Source: an uncultured Chloroflexia bacterium
GTDB lineage: Bacteria; Chloroflexota; UBA6077; JACCZL01
Assembly (NCBI GenBank): GCA_963765765.1
Contig: CAVXYC010000015.1
Coordinates: 760,452 to 824,451 of the forward strand
Direction of reading: 5' to 3'
Length of the DNA stretch: 64,000 bases
The notes under the pieces were generated by a model. That model was given only the letters and a program-made list of their open reading frames with translations. It ran no database searches and was not told the DNA's origin. Below, in pieces: positions 36,293 through 50,765 of the stretch (within the stretch, counting starts at the first letter, position 1; each line of letters begins with the position of its first letter). The translations under genes and the position numbers were made by a program.

Positions 36293-37420
36293 ATGGCCGA
36301 AAGAGTGATCCCGCTGGCCGACCAGCGCTACGCCTCGGCGCGCCCCCGCGCGTGCCGCTGGAGCCGCACGCGCCGAACGGCAACCTGCTCGACACGCTCG
36401 GCCGGCCGCTGCGCGACCTGCGCATCTCGGTGACCGACCGCTGCAACTTCCGCTGCAGCTACTGCATGCCGAAGGAGGTGTTCGACAAGGACTACGCGTT
36501 CCTGCCGCACGCGTCGCTGCTGAGCTTCGAGGAGATCACGCGCGCTGGCGCGCATGTTCGCGGCGCACGGCGTGCGCAAGGTCCGGCTGACCGGCGGCGA
36601 GCCGCTGCTGCGCAAGAACCTCGAGGTGCTGGTCGGCATGCTGCGCGAGCTGCGCACGCCCGACGGCGAGCCGCTCGACCTGACGCTCACGACCAACGGC
36701 TCGGTGCTCGCGCGCAAGGCGCAGGCGCTGAAGGATGCCGGGCTGCGAGCGCGTGACGGTCAGCCTGGATGCGCTCGACGACGCGATCTTCCGGCGCATG
36801 AACGACGCCGATTTCCGGTCGCCGACGGTGCTCGACGGCATCGACGCGGCGCAGCGCGCCGGCCTCGGCGCCGATCAAGGTCAACATGGTCGTCAAGCGC
36901 GGCACCAACGACGACCAGATCCTGCCGATGGCGCGCCACTTCCAGGGCACGCGGCGTCGTGCTGCGCTTCATCGAGTACATGGACGTCGGCGCGACCAAC
37001 GGCTGGCGCATGGACGAGGTGCTGCCGTCGGCCGAGGTGCGTGCGCGCGCATCGGCGCCGAGCTTCCCGCTCGAGCCGATCGACGCCAGCGCCGCCGGCG
37101 AGACCGCGCAGCGCTGGCGCTACGCCGACGGCGGCGGCGAGATCGGCGTGATCTCGAGCGTCACGCAGGCGTTCTGCCGCGACTGCAACCGCGCGCGCCT
37201 GTCGACCGAAGGCAAGCTCTTCCTGTGCCTGTTCGCCAGCCGCGGGCCACGACCTGCGCGCGCTGCTGCGCGGCGGCTGCAGCGACGCGCAGATCGCCGG
37301 CGGCGATCGGCCTGATCTGGAACGCGCGCGACGACCGCTACTCCGAGCTGCGCGGCGCGCCGAGCAGCGCCGGCGGCACGCCGCGCGCCGCGCGTCGAGA
37401 TGCACTACATCGGCGGCTGA
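36293..37420 (+). CDS. moaA: GTP 3',8-cyclase MoaA, frameshifted
   Basis: [35 protein letters not shown]-terminal MHYIGG. Confidence 0.95.
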
Positions 37421-38027
37421 TGCCCGTCACCCTGATCGCGCGCGACCAGATCACCGGCCTGATCCTCGCCGGCGGGCGCGGCAGCCGCATGGGCGGCGTC
37501 GACAAGGGACTGCAGAACCACCTGGGCATGCCGCTCGCGCTGCATGCGCTGCTGCGGCTGGCGCCGCAGGTCGGCGACGTCATGATCAATGCCAACCGCA
37601 ACCTCGGCGCCTACGAATCGATGGGCGTGCCGGTGTGGCCCGACGCGCTGCCCGACTACGCCGGCCCGCTGGCCGGCTTCCTGACCGGCCTCGAACGCTG
37701 CGAGACGCCGTACCTCGTCACCGTGCCGTGCGACTCGCCGCGCTTCCCGCTCGACCTGGTCGCGCGCCTGGCCGAGGCGCTCGAAGCGCAGGACGCCGAG
37801 ATCGCGATCGCGGCGACCCGAGGGCGACGGCGAGCCAGGTCCATCCGGTGTTCTGCCTGATGAAGACGTCGCTGCTGGAGAGCCTGGTGCGCTTCACCAC
37901 GGCGGCGAGCGCAAGATCGACCGCTGGACCGCGCAGCACCGCTGCGTCGAGGTCGTTTCGACGACGCGCGGCGTTCGTCAACGCGAACACCGCGAGCGAG
38001 CTGCAGCAGCTGCAGGCCGATGGCTGA
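37420..38027 (+). CDS. mobA: Molybdenum cofactor guanylyltransferase, frameshifted
   Basis: [33 protein letters not shown]. Confidence 0.9.
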
Positions 38028-38201
38028 CGTGACGATCCGCCGCATGCGACGCGCGACCTGCGCGCCTACAAGGCGCTGCGCGACAGATGCTGGCGCATCC
38101 CGAGGCCTTCACGTCGGACGCGTGACCGAGCGGCATCGCGCGCCGAGACTACTGCCGCGCCTCGGCCTGAACGTCCCGAGGCGGGCACGCAGCGGCGCTG
38201 A
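38020..38201 (+). pseudogene. N-terminal fragment of a GNAT-like acetyltransferase
   Basis: Cross-frame reading MADVTIRR...AYKALRD..L..HPEAFTSDA..E...PRLGL stops after ~60 codons; no acetyl-CoA-binding motif follows. Confidence 0.45.
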
Positions 38202-38251
38202 GCCCCGTGCGGGTGCGGCCGCAGCCGTCATCAAGCCTGCCTGTCCGACCC

Positions 38252-39556
38252 ATGACCGACGGCCTATGCGCGCACGCTGCAATGGCAGATCGCCTCCTGC
38301 GTCGGCGGCTACGACCCGAACGCGCTGCCGGTCGCGCAGGCGCAGGAGTTCATCGCCGGCTGGTGCCGCCGGTCAGCGCCGTGGAGATGCTGCGATCCGC
38401 GCGGCGCTCGGCCGCGTGCTGGCGCGCGACGTCGTCTCGCGCGATCGACGTGCCGGCGCACGACAACTCGGCGATGGACGGCTACGCGCTGCGCGGCGCC
38501 GACCTGCGAGCCGACGCGCGACACCGTGCTCGAAGTCGGTCGGCACCGGCTTCGCCGGCAGGCAGTTCGACGGCCGCGGTCGCGCCGCGGCAGTGCGTCC
38601 GCATCATGACCGGCGCGGTCATGCCGGCCGGGCTCGACACCGTCGTGCCGCAGGAGTTCGTCGCGCGTCGAGGGCGGCCGTGTGACGGTCCCGGCCGGCG
38701 TGGTGCGCACGCGGCGACAACCGGCGCCTGGCCGGCGAAGACCTGGCGCGCGGCGAAGCGGCGCTGCGCGCCGGCCGCGTGCTGCGCCCGGCCGACATCG
38801 GCCTGCTGGCGTCGCTCGGCCAGGCCGAGGTGCCGGTGCTGCGCCGCCTGCGCGTGGCCTTCTTCTCGACCGGCGACGAACTGCGCTCGATCGGCGAGCC
38901 GCTCGACGCCGGCTGCGTCTACGACAGCAACCGCTACACGCTGTGGGCCATGCTGCAGCGCCTGGGCGTCGACCTGCTCGACCTCGGCGTCGTGCGCGAC
39001 GAACCGGCCGCGCTCGAGGCTGCGTTCCGCGCAGGCCGCCGGCAGCGCCGATGCGGTGATCACGTCGGGCGGCGTCAGCGTCGGCGAGGCCGACCACACC
39101 AAGCAGGTGATGGCGAGCTCGGCGACGTGCTGTTCTGGCGCATCGCGATGCGGCCCGGGCCGGCCGATGGCGATCGGCCGCATCGGCAGCGATGGCGCGA
39201 CAGGCGCGATCCTGTTCGGCCTGCCCGGCAATCCGGTCGCGGTGATGGTGACGTTCTACGCCTTCGTGCGCGACGCGCTGCTGGCGATGAGCGGCGCGAC
39301 GCGCGAGCCGCTGCCGCTGCTGCGCGCGGCCAGCGCGCGCCGATCCGCAAGAAGCCGGGCCGCACCGAGTACCAGCGCGGCATCGTCAGCCGCGGCGCCG
39401 ACGGCCGCTGGCAGGTCGCGCATCACCGGCTCGCAGGGCTCCGGCATCCTGCGCAGCATGAGCGAGGCCAACGGCCTGGTCGTGCTGCACCATGAGCAGG
39501 GCAACGTCGCCGCCGGCGAGCCGGTCGACGTGCTGCCGTTCGACGGCCTGATCTAG
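38252..39556 (+). CDS. moeA: Molybdopterin molybdotransferase MoeA (copy 2), frameshifted
   Basis: VPAHDNSAMDGYA, RIMTGA, FSTGDEL, TSGGVSVGEAD, LPGNPVA, QGSGILRSM. Confidence 0.9.
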   Translation: MTDGLCAHAAMADRLLRRRLRPERAAGRAGAGVHRRLVPPVSAVEMLRSARRSAACWRATSSRAIDVPAHDNSAMDGYALRGADLRADARHRARSRSAPASPAGSSTAAVAPRQCVRIMTGAVMPAGLDTVVPQEFVARRGRPCDGPGRRGAHAATTGAWPAKTWRAAKRRCAPAACCARPTSACWRRSARPRCRCCAACAWPSSRPATNCARSASRSTPAASTTATATRCGPCCSAWASTCSTSASCATNRPRSRLRSAQAAGSADAVITSGGVSVGEADHTKQVMASSATCCSGASRCGPGRPMAIGRIGSDGATGAILFGLPGNPVAVMVTFYAFVRDALLAMSGATREPLPLLRAASARRSARSRAAPSTSAASSAAAPTAAGRSRITGSQGSGILRSMSEANGLVVLHHEQGNVAAGEPVDVLPFDGLI

Positions 39557-39561
39557 CCGAT

Positions 39562-42003
<2,442 letters not shown>

Positions 42004-42199
42004 GGGAAAGCTCCAGAAGTTGAAAAACCGGGTCTGCGCTCCGGCGGAGCGGCGCGGCATGACGAGGCGGTGCGGCTTTGGTGCTTGTTCGAATGGGCCG
42101 GGGCGTGGCATGCGCGGGGAATCGGATAATTGCCGGCGATTGTAGGCGTCGGCCGACCTGTGCATCGGGGCTTGCAGCGACCTGAAAGCATTACATCCC

Positions 42200-43028
42200 A
42201 TGCACACCCGCACCGTTTTCTTCATCTCCGACGGCACCGGCATCACCGCCGAAACCTTCGGCAACGCCATCCTGGCGCAGTTCGAATTCAAGCCGCGCCA
42301 CGTGCGCCTGCCTTTCATCGACACGCGTCGACAAGGCGCACCAGGTGGTGCGGCAGGTCAACCACACGGCCGAGATCGAGGGCCGCAAGCCCGATCGTCT
42401 TCACCACGCTGGTCAACGTGGAAATCCTGCGAGGTCATCGAGGACGGCTGCAAGGGCATGCTGCTGGACATGTTCGGCACCTTCGTGCGGCCGCTGGAGA
42501 TCGAGCTGGGCATCAAGTCCAACCACCGCGTCGGCCGCTTCTCGCGACGTCAGCAAGAGCAAGGAATACCACGACCGCATCGAGGCGATCAACTTCAGCC
42601 TGGCCCACGACGACGGCCAGTCCAACCGCGACCTGGAGCAGGCCGACGTGATCCTGGTCGGCGTCAGCCGCAGCGGCAAGACGCCGACCTCGCTGTACCT
42701 GGCGATGCAATACGGCCTGAAGGCGGCCAACTACCCGCTGATCCCCGAGGACTTCGAGCGCCAGCCAGCTGCCCGCCGGCGCTGGTGCCGCACCGCAAGA
42801 AGATCTTCGGCCTGACGATCCAGCCCGAGCGGCTGGCCGAGATCCGCAACGAGCGGCGGCCCAACTCGCGCTACGCGGCGCTGGAGAACTGCCGCATGGA
42901 GGTGGCGCGAGGCCGAGGCCATGATGCGCCGCGCCGGCATCCGATGGCTGTCGACGACCACCAAGTCGATCGAGGAGATCGCCACCACGATCCTGCAGGA
43001 AATCCGGCCCGAGCGGCTGATGTACTGA
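42200..43028 (+). CDS. ppsR: PEP synthase regulatory kinase/pyrophosphorylase (DUF299), frameshifted
   Basis: [43 protein letters not shown]; divergent from ppsA. Confidence 0.9.
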
Positions 43029-43090
43029 AGTCCGGACCGCGCGTTGCCTAAGCTTTCGGGAAGCGACTGGTGACGTCGTCAGGAGGTCCC

Positions 43091-43607
43091 ATGCGATTCA
43101 TCCGAACAACTCTCGCGCTCCTCGCGCGCTGCCGGCGCGCCGCGCTCGTCAGTCGCATGCGCGGCCCGGCACCGTCGAGGTCTCGTTCGTCGAGCCGGCG
43201 CGCTACAGCGACGCCGGCCGCGACCCGGTCGAGTCGCGCCGCAACGAGGACACGCTGGCGCGCTATCTCGAAGGACTCGGCGAGCGCTATCTCGACTGCC
43301 GGTCAGGTCCTGAAGATCGACGTGCTCGATCTCGACCTCGCCGGCACCGTCCGGCCGGCGCGGCGCGGCGCCGGTGACATCCGCATCGTGCGCGGCGGCG
43401 CCGATGCGCCGCACATCCGGGTGCGCTACGCGCTGACCGCCGGCGGTCCCAAGTCGTCAAGAGCGCCGAGGAAGCGGTCACCGACCTGAACTACCTCGGC
43501 CACACGACCGGCCACGACGACCGGCGACCCGCTTGCGGCTCGAAAAGCGGATGCTCGACGACTGGTTCAAGGCGCGCTTCGTCGCCGCGAAGGCGCTCGC
43601 CGGCTGA
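43091..43607 (+). CDS. DUF3016-like exported protein, frameshifted
   Basis: Signal-like N-terminus; VEVSFVEPARYSDAG, LKIDVLDLDLAG, EKRMLDDWF. Confidence 0.7.
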
Positions 43608-43644
43608 TCGAGGTATCCGTCGGCGACGACTCCGCCGGCGCGCG

Positions 43645-45696
43645 TCAGCGGACCGAGGCCAGCGCCGCGCGCGGCGCTCGCCGCCGACCTCGCATTGCTT
43701 GACGATCCCGAACAGCGGGATCGGCGCCGAAGAACTCGTTGGTGCATTCGCCGCTGCCGCTCAGGCTCTTCGTGATCCAGCGCGGAGCCCGCTGCCGTAG
43801 CGAACGGTCTGCGTGCCGATCACGCGAACGACTGGCCTTCGACCGCGATCGGCGTCCACCCGGACGGCGGCGGCGGCGTCGACGCGCCGGCGACGTCGCA
43901 GTGCTTGACGATGCCGACGATGCGGATCGCTGCCGAAGAACGCGTTCGAGCAGCTCCGCCGTGGTCGACGACGGTGCGAGCGTGATCCATGCCGAGCCGC
44001 TGCCGTAGCGGACGTCTGCGTGCCGCTGACGCTCGAAGGTCTGGCCCTCGCTGGCGATCTGCGTCCAGCCGGCACGGGGGCGGCACCGCCGCTGCCGATG
44101 ACCTCGCACTGCTTGACGATGCCGACGATCGGGTCGGTGCCGAAGCAACGCGTTGGTGCACTCGCCGCCGCCGGTGACGGTCCTCGGTGATCCAGTACGG
44201 CGCCGCTGCCGTAGCGCACCGTCTGCGTGCCGTTGACGGCGAACGCCTGGCCCTCGTCGGCGATCTTGGTCCAGCCCTCGGACGCGGTCGGTGGCGAGCG
44301 CGGCGCCGGCGCCGGCACTGGCGCGACGGCGTTGACGCTCGCCGCCGCATCGACGATGCCGGCGCCGCAGAGCGCCGTGTTGCAGTCGGCGCCGGTGCCG
44401 GTCGGGAACGGCCGCGCGTCTGCTGCAGGCGTTGCGCGACCTGCGCCGGCCTCAGGCGTCGGGTTCGACCGACAGCATCAGCGAGACGACGCCGCTGACG
44501 TGCGGCGTCGCCATGCTGGTGCCCTGGAACCAGGCGTAGGCGTCGGCGCGCGGGCGTCGTCGGGCCGGTGTTGAGGGTCGACAGCACGCCGTCGCTGCCA
44601 CCGCCGCCGGGCGCCGAGACCGTGACGCGCGCCCGTAGTTGCTGTAGCCGGCGCGGCCGCCGCTGCGCGTCGTCGCGCGCGACCGCGATGACGCCGTTGC
44701 AGCTTGGCCGGCTGCGTGTTCGCCGGCGTCGGCGTTGCTGTTGCCGGCGGCCACGACGACGACCGTGCCGCGCGCGATCACGTCGTTGACCGCGCTTTGC
44801 AGCGCCGCCGAGCAGGCGCCCTCGCCGCCCAGGCTGAGGTTCGCGACCCGCGCCGGGAACGGATTGGCCGGAACGCCCGGCACGCGCGATGCCGGCGGCC
44901 CAGCGGATGCCGTCGATGATGTCGGACGTGTAGCCGCCGCAGCGGCCCAGCACGCGGACCGGCAGGATCCGCGCGTTCCAGTCGACGCCGCTGACGCCGC
45001 TGCCGTTGTTGCTGGCCGCGCCGATGGTGCCGGCCACGTGCGTGCCGTGCCACGAGCTGGCGTCGCCGTTGCAGCCGTAGTCGCCCGGGTCGGCTGCGTT
45101 GCCGTCGCGGCCGTCGCCGTCGTTCGAACGTCGGTGTCGCCGATGAAGTCGAAGCCGCCGACAGGCGCGCCGCCAGATCGGCATGGGCGACGACGCCGGT
45201 GTCGATCACCGCGACCGTGATGCCGCTCGAGCCCGGTCGTCGATGTCCCAGGCGGCCGGCAGGTTGATGCCGCCGGCGGCCTCGTAGTAGTGCCACTGCT
45301 GCGCGTACATCGGGTCGTTCGGGAACCGCCATCGGACGCAGCACCAGGTCGGGCTCGATCGAGCAGCAGGTCCGGATCGCTCCGCAGCAGACCCGCCGTC
45401 TCGCGCGCCTCGGCGCGCATCATCCGCCGGCGCGAGCCGGACGACGTGCGCGCCGCCCGACATCGCGACGCACGTGCTCGAGGCGCTCGCCGAAGCGGCC
45501 GCCGATGCGCCGCCAGCGCGGCCGCGGGATCGGCGGACGGGTCGCGCAGCCGGACGATGAAGCGGTCGGTCTGCTCCGGATCGACCGGCGCCTTCGCGAC
45601 GAGCGGACGGGCGCGACTTCAGAACCGGCTCGGCTCGGCGTCGGGAACGGCGCCGGCGAACGCGGCGGCGAGAGCGAGGACGAGGAATCGGTGCAT
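43645..45696 (-). CDS. Secreted S8 (subtilisin-like) serine peptidase with C-terminal repeats, frameshifted
   Basis: Signal peptide [16 protein letters not shown]; VAVIDTG (Asp), [14 protein letters not shown] (His), [17 protein letters not shown] (Ser). Confidence 0.9.
43680..44275 (-). repeat. Three tandem ~55-60 aa coding repeats at the protease C-terminus
   Basis: Each reads [24 protein letters not shown]..WIT...GxCxNxFFGxDP..GIVKxC, separated by Pro/Ala/Gly linkers. Confidence 0.8.
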
Positions 45697-45882
45697 GGAT
45701 AAATCTCCATGAGAGCGGGGCGACCGATGCGTCGCCGGCGAACCGCCCTTCCACGCGACGCATTCCGGTGTGAAATTCTCCTGCGATGGTCGAGGCCGCG
45801 TCCGCAAGCATCCGTAACGGTTCTCCGGTCGTTGCGCTGCGTAGACGCCTATCGCACCCCCGCTCCGCGCTGGCGGCTCGCG

Positions 45883-46675
45883 TTACTCGGCGGGGCGCCG
45901 GCGCGCCGATTCGTACAGGCAGATCGCCGCCGCGACCGCGACGTTGAGCGACTCCTCGCCGCCCGGCTGCGGGATGCGCAGCGTGGCCGCGCAGCGCCGA
46001 GCAGCGTCGTCGGCGAGGCCCTGCCCTTCGTGGCCGAGCACCCACGCGCACGGCCACGGCAAGGTGGCCGCGTGCAGCGCGCGTGCCGGCATGCGAACTG
46101 GTCGCCAGCAGCGGCACGCGCAGCGCGTCGAGCGCTCGAGCGCCGACGCCGCTCGACCAGGTCGCAGCGCGAAGTGCGCGCCCATCGCCGGCGCGCAGCA
46201 CCTTCGGCGACCACAGCGCCGCGGTGCCCTCGAGCGCGATCACCTGCGCGAAGCCGAACGCCGCCGCGCTGCGCAGGATCGCTGCCGACGTTGCCGGCGT
46301 CCTGCAGCCGGTCGAGCACGACGCTCGGCGCATCGCGGCTCGCACGCTGCCCGGACCCGGCCAGGCGACGACGAAGCCGATCGGCGCCGGCGATGTCGAG
46401 CGTGCTGAGGTCGGCGCATCAGCGCGTCGGCACGATCGCGACGCTGTCGGCGCGCAGTCGCCAGCTCGCGCAGCGCCGGCGCTTCCCAGGCCGACTCGCT
46501 GACCACCGCCTGCGCGCCGGCGCCGCCGCGCCGTCGACGAACGCGCGGCACAGGTGCTCGCCCTCGAGCCAGATCTCGGCCGTGCTTGCGGTAGGCGTCG
46601 GGCTGCCGGGTCAGCTGGCGCAGCCTGCGCGAGCAGCGGGTTGTCGCGCGAGCTGATCGCGTGGATCTTCGGCAC
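45883..46675 (-). CDS. TrmH/SpoU family RNA methyltransferase, frameshifted
   Basis: [41 protein letters not shown]. Confidence 0.9.
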
Positions 46676-46681
46676 GCGTCC

Positions 46682-47300
46682 TCAGAGCACGTCGCGCACC
46701 GGCGCGAAGCTGCGCCGGTGGTGCCGGCAGGCGCCGTGCGCGCGCAGCGCGCCAGGTGCTCCGGCGTCGAATAGCCCTTGTGCCGGCGAAGCCGTACTGC
46801 GGATGCTCGTCGTGCAGGTCGCTGGCAGAGCCGGTCGCGGTGCACCTTGGCGAGGATCGACGCGGCCGAGATCGCGCGCACCGTCGCGTCGCCGCCGACG
46901 ATCGCTCGGCATGCCATCGGCACCGTCGGCAGCTGGTTGCCGTCGACGAGCACGACCTGCCGGCATGCAGGCGCAGGCCCGTCGACCGCGCGGCGCATCG
47001 CCAGCAGCGTCGCCTGCAGGATGTTGATGCGGTCGATCTCCTCGACGCTCGCCTCGCCGACGCTGACAGCACAGCGCCTTGGCGCGGATCTCGTCGTACA
47101 GGCGCTCGCGCGTCGGCGCGGTCAGCAGCTTCGAGTCGTTGAGGCCGCGGATCGGCGCGCCGTTCGTCGAGGATCACCGCGGCGGCGACCACCGGTCCGG
47201 CCAGCGGGCCGCGCCCGGCCTCGTCGACGCCGGCCATCAGGCCCGGACGTCGACCAGCAGGCTGAGCTGGCTCAGCGCGCAAGAACTTTTTCGATGGCAT
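46682..47300 (-). CDS. rnhB: Ribonuclease HII, frameshifted
   Basis: [44 protein letters not shown]. Confidence 0.95.
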
Positions 47301-48432
47301 CGGTGGCCGGCTTGCGCGGTGTCGCAGCGCAGCGTGTCGATGCAGCGCGCGAAGCGCGCCGCCAGGGCCGCGCAGGCCGCCGGATCGTCGAGCCAGGCGC
47401 AGCGCGGCGTCGGCGATGCGTTCGCGGCGTGGCATCGCCCTGCAGCAGCTCGGGCACCGCGAAGTCGCGCAGCAGGATGTTCGGCAGCGCCGACCCACGG
47501 CTGGTACGCTCATGCGCTTGCATGATCTGCCAGCTCAGCGCAGTGCATCGCGTAGACGATGACCATCGGCCGCTTGAACAGCGCCGCCTCGAGCGTCGCG
47601 GTGCCGCTGGCGATCAGCGTCACGTCGCAGGCCGCCAGCGCCTCGTGCGAGCGGCCGTCGAGCAGCTCGATGCGGCACGTCGGCGCGTGCTGCGCGGCGC
47701 ATCGGCTCGATCAGCGCGCGCAGGCCCGGCGCCACCGGCAGCACGAAGCGCAGGCCCGGCCGCTGCCGGTGCAGCAGCGCGGCCGCGGCGAGCAGGCGCG
47801 GCGCGATGTACTGGATCTCGGAGCGGCGGCTGCCCGGCAGCAGCGCGACGACGGTCGCGCTCGGCGCCAGCCCGAGCGCGCGCGCGGCTCGCCGCGCGCG
47901 GCACGTCGAGCGGGATCGCGTCGGCCAGCGGATGGCCGACGTAGGTCGGCGGCGATGCCCTGCTTCGCATAGATCGCCGGCTCGAACGGAAACAGGCACA
48001 GCACGAGGTCGGTCGCGCGCGCGGATCTTCTCGATCGCGCTTGCCGCGCCAGGCCCAGATCGACGGGCTGACGAAGTGGATGGTCTTGATGCCGGCCGCC
48101 TTCAGCCGCGCCTCGAGGCCGAGGTTGAAGTCGGGCGCGTCGACGCCGATGAAGGCGTCGGGCCGGCTCGCGCAGCAGGCGCTCGGCGAGCTGCGTCGCG
48201 GATGCCGGCGATCTCGCGGTAGTGGCGCAGCACCTCGACATAGCCGCGCACCGCGAGCTTGTCGTGCGGCCACCAGGCCTCGAAGCCCTGCGCGGCCATC
48301 TGCGGGCCGCCGATGCCGGCGGCCTGCAGCGCCGGCCAGCGCGCGCGCAGGCCGCCGAGCAGCAGGCCGGCCAGCAGGTCGCCCGAGGCTTCGCCCGCCA
48401 CCATCGCGAACCGAGGCGCCTGCGGCTGTCAT
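47272..48432 (-). CDS. lpxB: Lipid-A-disaccharide synthase, frameshifted
   Basis: [50 protein letters not shown]. Confidence 0.95.
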
Positions 48433-48440
48433 CGGCGCGC

Positions 48441-49243
48441 TCAGCGCGCGATGCCGCGGGTCGACGCCGCCGAGGAAGTCGCGTCATCAGCGCGACGTCG
48501 GCCGGCGGCCTCGGGCGTCGCCGCGGCGAGCGCCGCGATCGCCGCGCGCGCCTGCCTCCAGCGTGAGGCCCGCGCGGTACAGCAGGCGGTGCATCTGCTT
48601 GACCGCGGCGATGCGCTCGGCCGCGAAGCCGCGCCGGCGCAGGCCTTCGACGTTGAAGCCGCGCACGGCGAGCGGGTTGCCGTCGACCATCATGAACGGC
48701 GGCACGTCCTGCGAGACGCGCGCTCGCGAAGCCGGTCATGGCGTGCGCGCCGATCTTGCACGAACTGGTGCACGCCGGTCAGGCCGCCGAGGATCGACCC
48801 AGTCGCCGACGTGCACGTGGCCGGCCGAGCGTCGCGTTGTTGGCGAGGATGGTCTGGTCGCCGACCTGGCAGTCGTGCGCGATGTGCACGTAGGCCATGA
48901 TCCAGTTGTCGTCGCCGATGCGCGTGACGCCGGCGTCCTGCGCGGTGCCGAGGTTGAAGGTGCAGAACTCGCGGATCGTGTTGCGGTCGCCGATCTCGAG
49001 CGCGGTCGGCTCGCCGGCGTACTTCTTGTCCTGCGGCGCTGCGCCGAGCGAGCAGAACTGGAAGATGCGGTTGTCGCGGCCGATCGTCGTGCGGCCCTCG
49101 ATCACGCAGTGCGGGCCGATCGTGCGTGCCGTCGCCGATCGCGCACGCTGCGCGCCGATCGACCGCGTAGGCGCCGACCGTCGACCGAGTCGGCCAGCTC
49201 GCGCGCCGGGCTCGACGATCGCGGTCGGGTGGATCGTCGCCAT
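48441..49243 (-). CDS. lpxA: UDP-N-acetylglucosamine O-acyltransferase, frameshifted
   Basis: [32 protein letters not shown]. Confidence 0.95.
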
Positions 49244-49259
49244 CGCCGATCGTGCGCGT

Positions 49260-49705
49260 TCAGGCGACCTTGCGCATCGTGCACATCAGCTCGGCCTCGG
49301 CCGCGAGCTCGTCGCCGACCGGCGCGCGCGTCTTGAACTTGAAGATGCCGGCCTTGACGCGGTCGAGCGTGACGTCGAGCATCAGCTGGTCGCCCGGCTC
49401 GACCGGCCGCTTGAAGCGCGCGCCGTCGATGCCGGCGAAGTAGAACACGGTCTTGTCGTCGGGCTCGACGTCGATGCGAGTCGAACGACAGCAGCGCCGC
49501 CGCCTGCGCCAGCGCCTCGAGCATCAGCACGCCCGGCATCACCGGCCGGTGCGGGAAGTGGCCGACGAAGAACGGCTCGTTGATCGTGACGTTCTTCAGC
49601 GCCTTGATGCGCTTGCCGCGTCTCGAGCTCGAGCACGCGGTCGACCAGCAGGAACGGATAGCGGTGCGGCAGCCGCTTGAGGATCTCGTGGATGTCCATC
49701 GTCAT
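49260..49705 (-). CDS. fabZ: 3-hydroxyacyl-ACP dehydratase, frameshifted
   Basis: [43 protein letters not shown]. Confidence 0.95.
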
Positions 49706-50751
49706 GGCTGGACGATCCGTGGCGTTCTTCTCGAGCGCGCGCAGCCGGTCGCGCAGCGCGTGCAGCTGGCGCAGCGTGGCGGCGTTCTTCTCCCAGGCCG
49801 CATTGTCGTCGATGGGAAACACGCCGCTGTACTGGCCCGGCTTGCGGATCGAGCGCATCACGACGGTCGCCGCCGAGATGTGCACGTGGTCGGCGAGCGT
49901 CGAGGTGGCCGAGCGATCATCGCCGCCGCCGCCGATCGTGCAGTGCGCGCCGATGCGCGCGCTGCCGGCGATGCCGACGCAGCCGGCCATCGCGGTGTGC
50001 GCGCCGATGCGCACGTTGTGGCCGATCTGGATCAGGTTGTCGAGCTTGACGCCGTCGCTCGATCACGGTGTCGTCGAGCGCGCCGCGGTCGATGCAGGTG
50101 TTGGCGCCGATCTCGACGTCGTCGCCGATGCGCACGCGCGCCGAGCTGCTCGATCTTCTCCCAGCGGCCTTCGATCGGCGCGAAGCCGAAGCCGTCGGCG
50201 CCGATGACCGACGCCGCTGTGCACGATGCAGCGCGCGCCGATGCGGCAGCCGTCGCCGAGCGTCACGCGCGCGCGCGAGCCGCGTGCCGGCGCCGACGCG
50301 CGCGCCGCGCGCCGACGACGCAGTGCGCGCCGATCACGGCGCCGTCGCCGATGCGGCGCCGGCCTCGATCACGGCCAGCGCGCCGATCGACGCATCGGCG
50401 CGATCCGCGCGCCCGGCGTCGACGACCGCGCTCGGGTGGACGCCGGCGCGGCGGCGGCCGCGTGCGCGCCGCCCACCACTGCGTCAGGCGCGCGAAGTAG
50501 AGATAGGGGTCGGCGCGTGACGATCGCCGCGCCGCGCGCGGCGGCCGCCTCGCGCATCGCCGGCGCGACGATCACGCAGCCGGCCTGCGTCGTGCGCGAG
50601 CTGCGGCCGGTAGCGCGGGTTGGCGAGGAAGGCGATCGTCGACGGGCGTCGCGCCGTCGAGCGGCGCCGATGCGGTCGATCGCGCAGCGCCGGCGTCGCC
50701 GATCAGTTCGCCGCCCAGTGCGTCGGCGATCTCGCGCAGCAGCGACGGCAT
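49702..50751 (-). CDS. lpxD: UDP-3-O-acyl-glucosamine N-acyltransferase, frameshifted
   Basis: Hexapeptide repeats, [40 protein letters not shown]. Confidence 0.95.
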
Positions 50752-50765
50752 CGGTCACGGCCGAC

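Noticed and set aside
20789-39556. Two moeA copies as a novel duplication
   Set aside because: Paralogous moeA genes in separate Moco clusters are common in Betaproteobacteria.
43680-44275. Repeats considered as a CRISPR array or non-coding tandem repeat
   Set aside because: Units are ~200 nt, degenerate at the DNA level and conserved as protein; there is no repeat-spacer structure and no cas gene.
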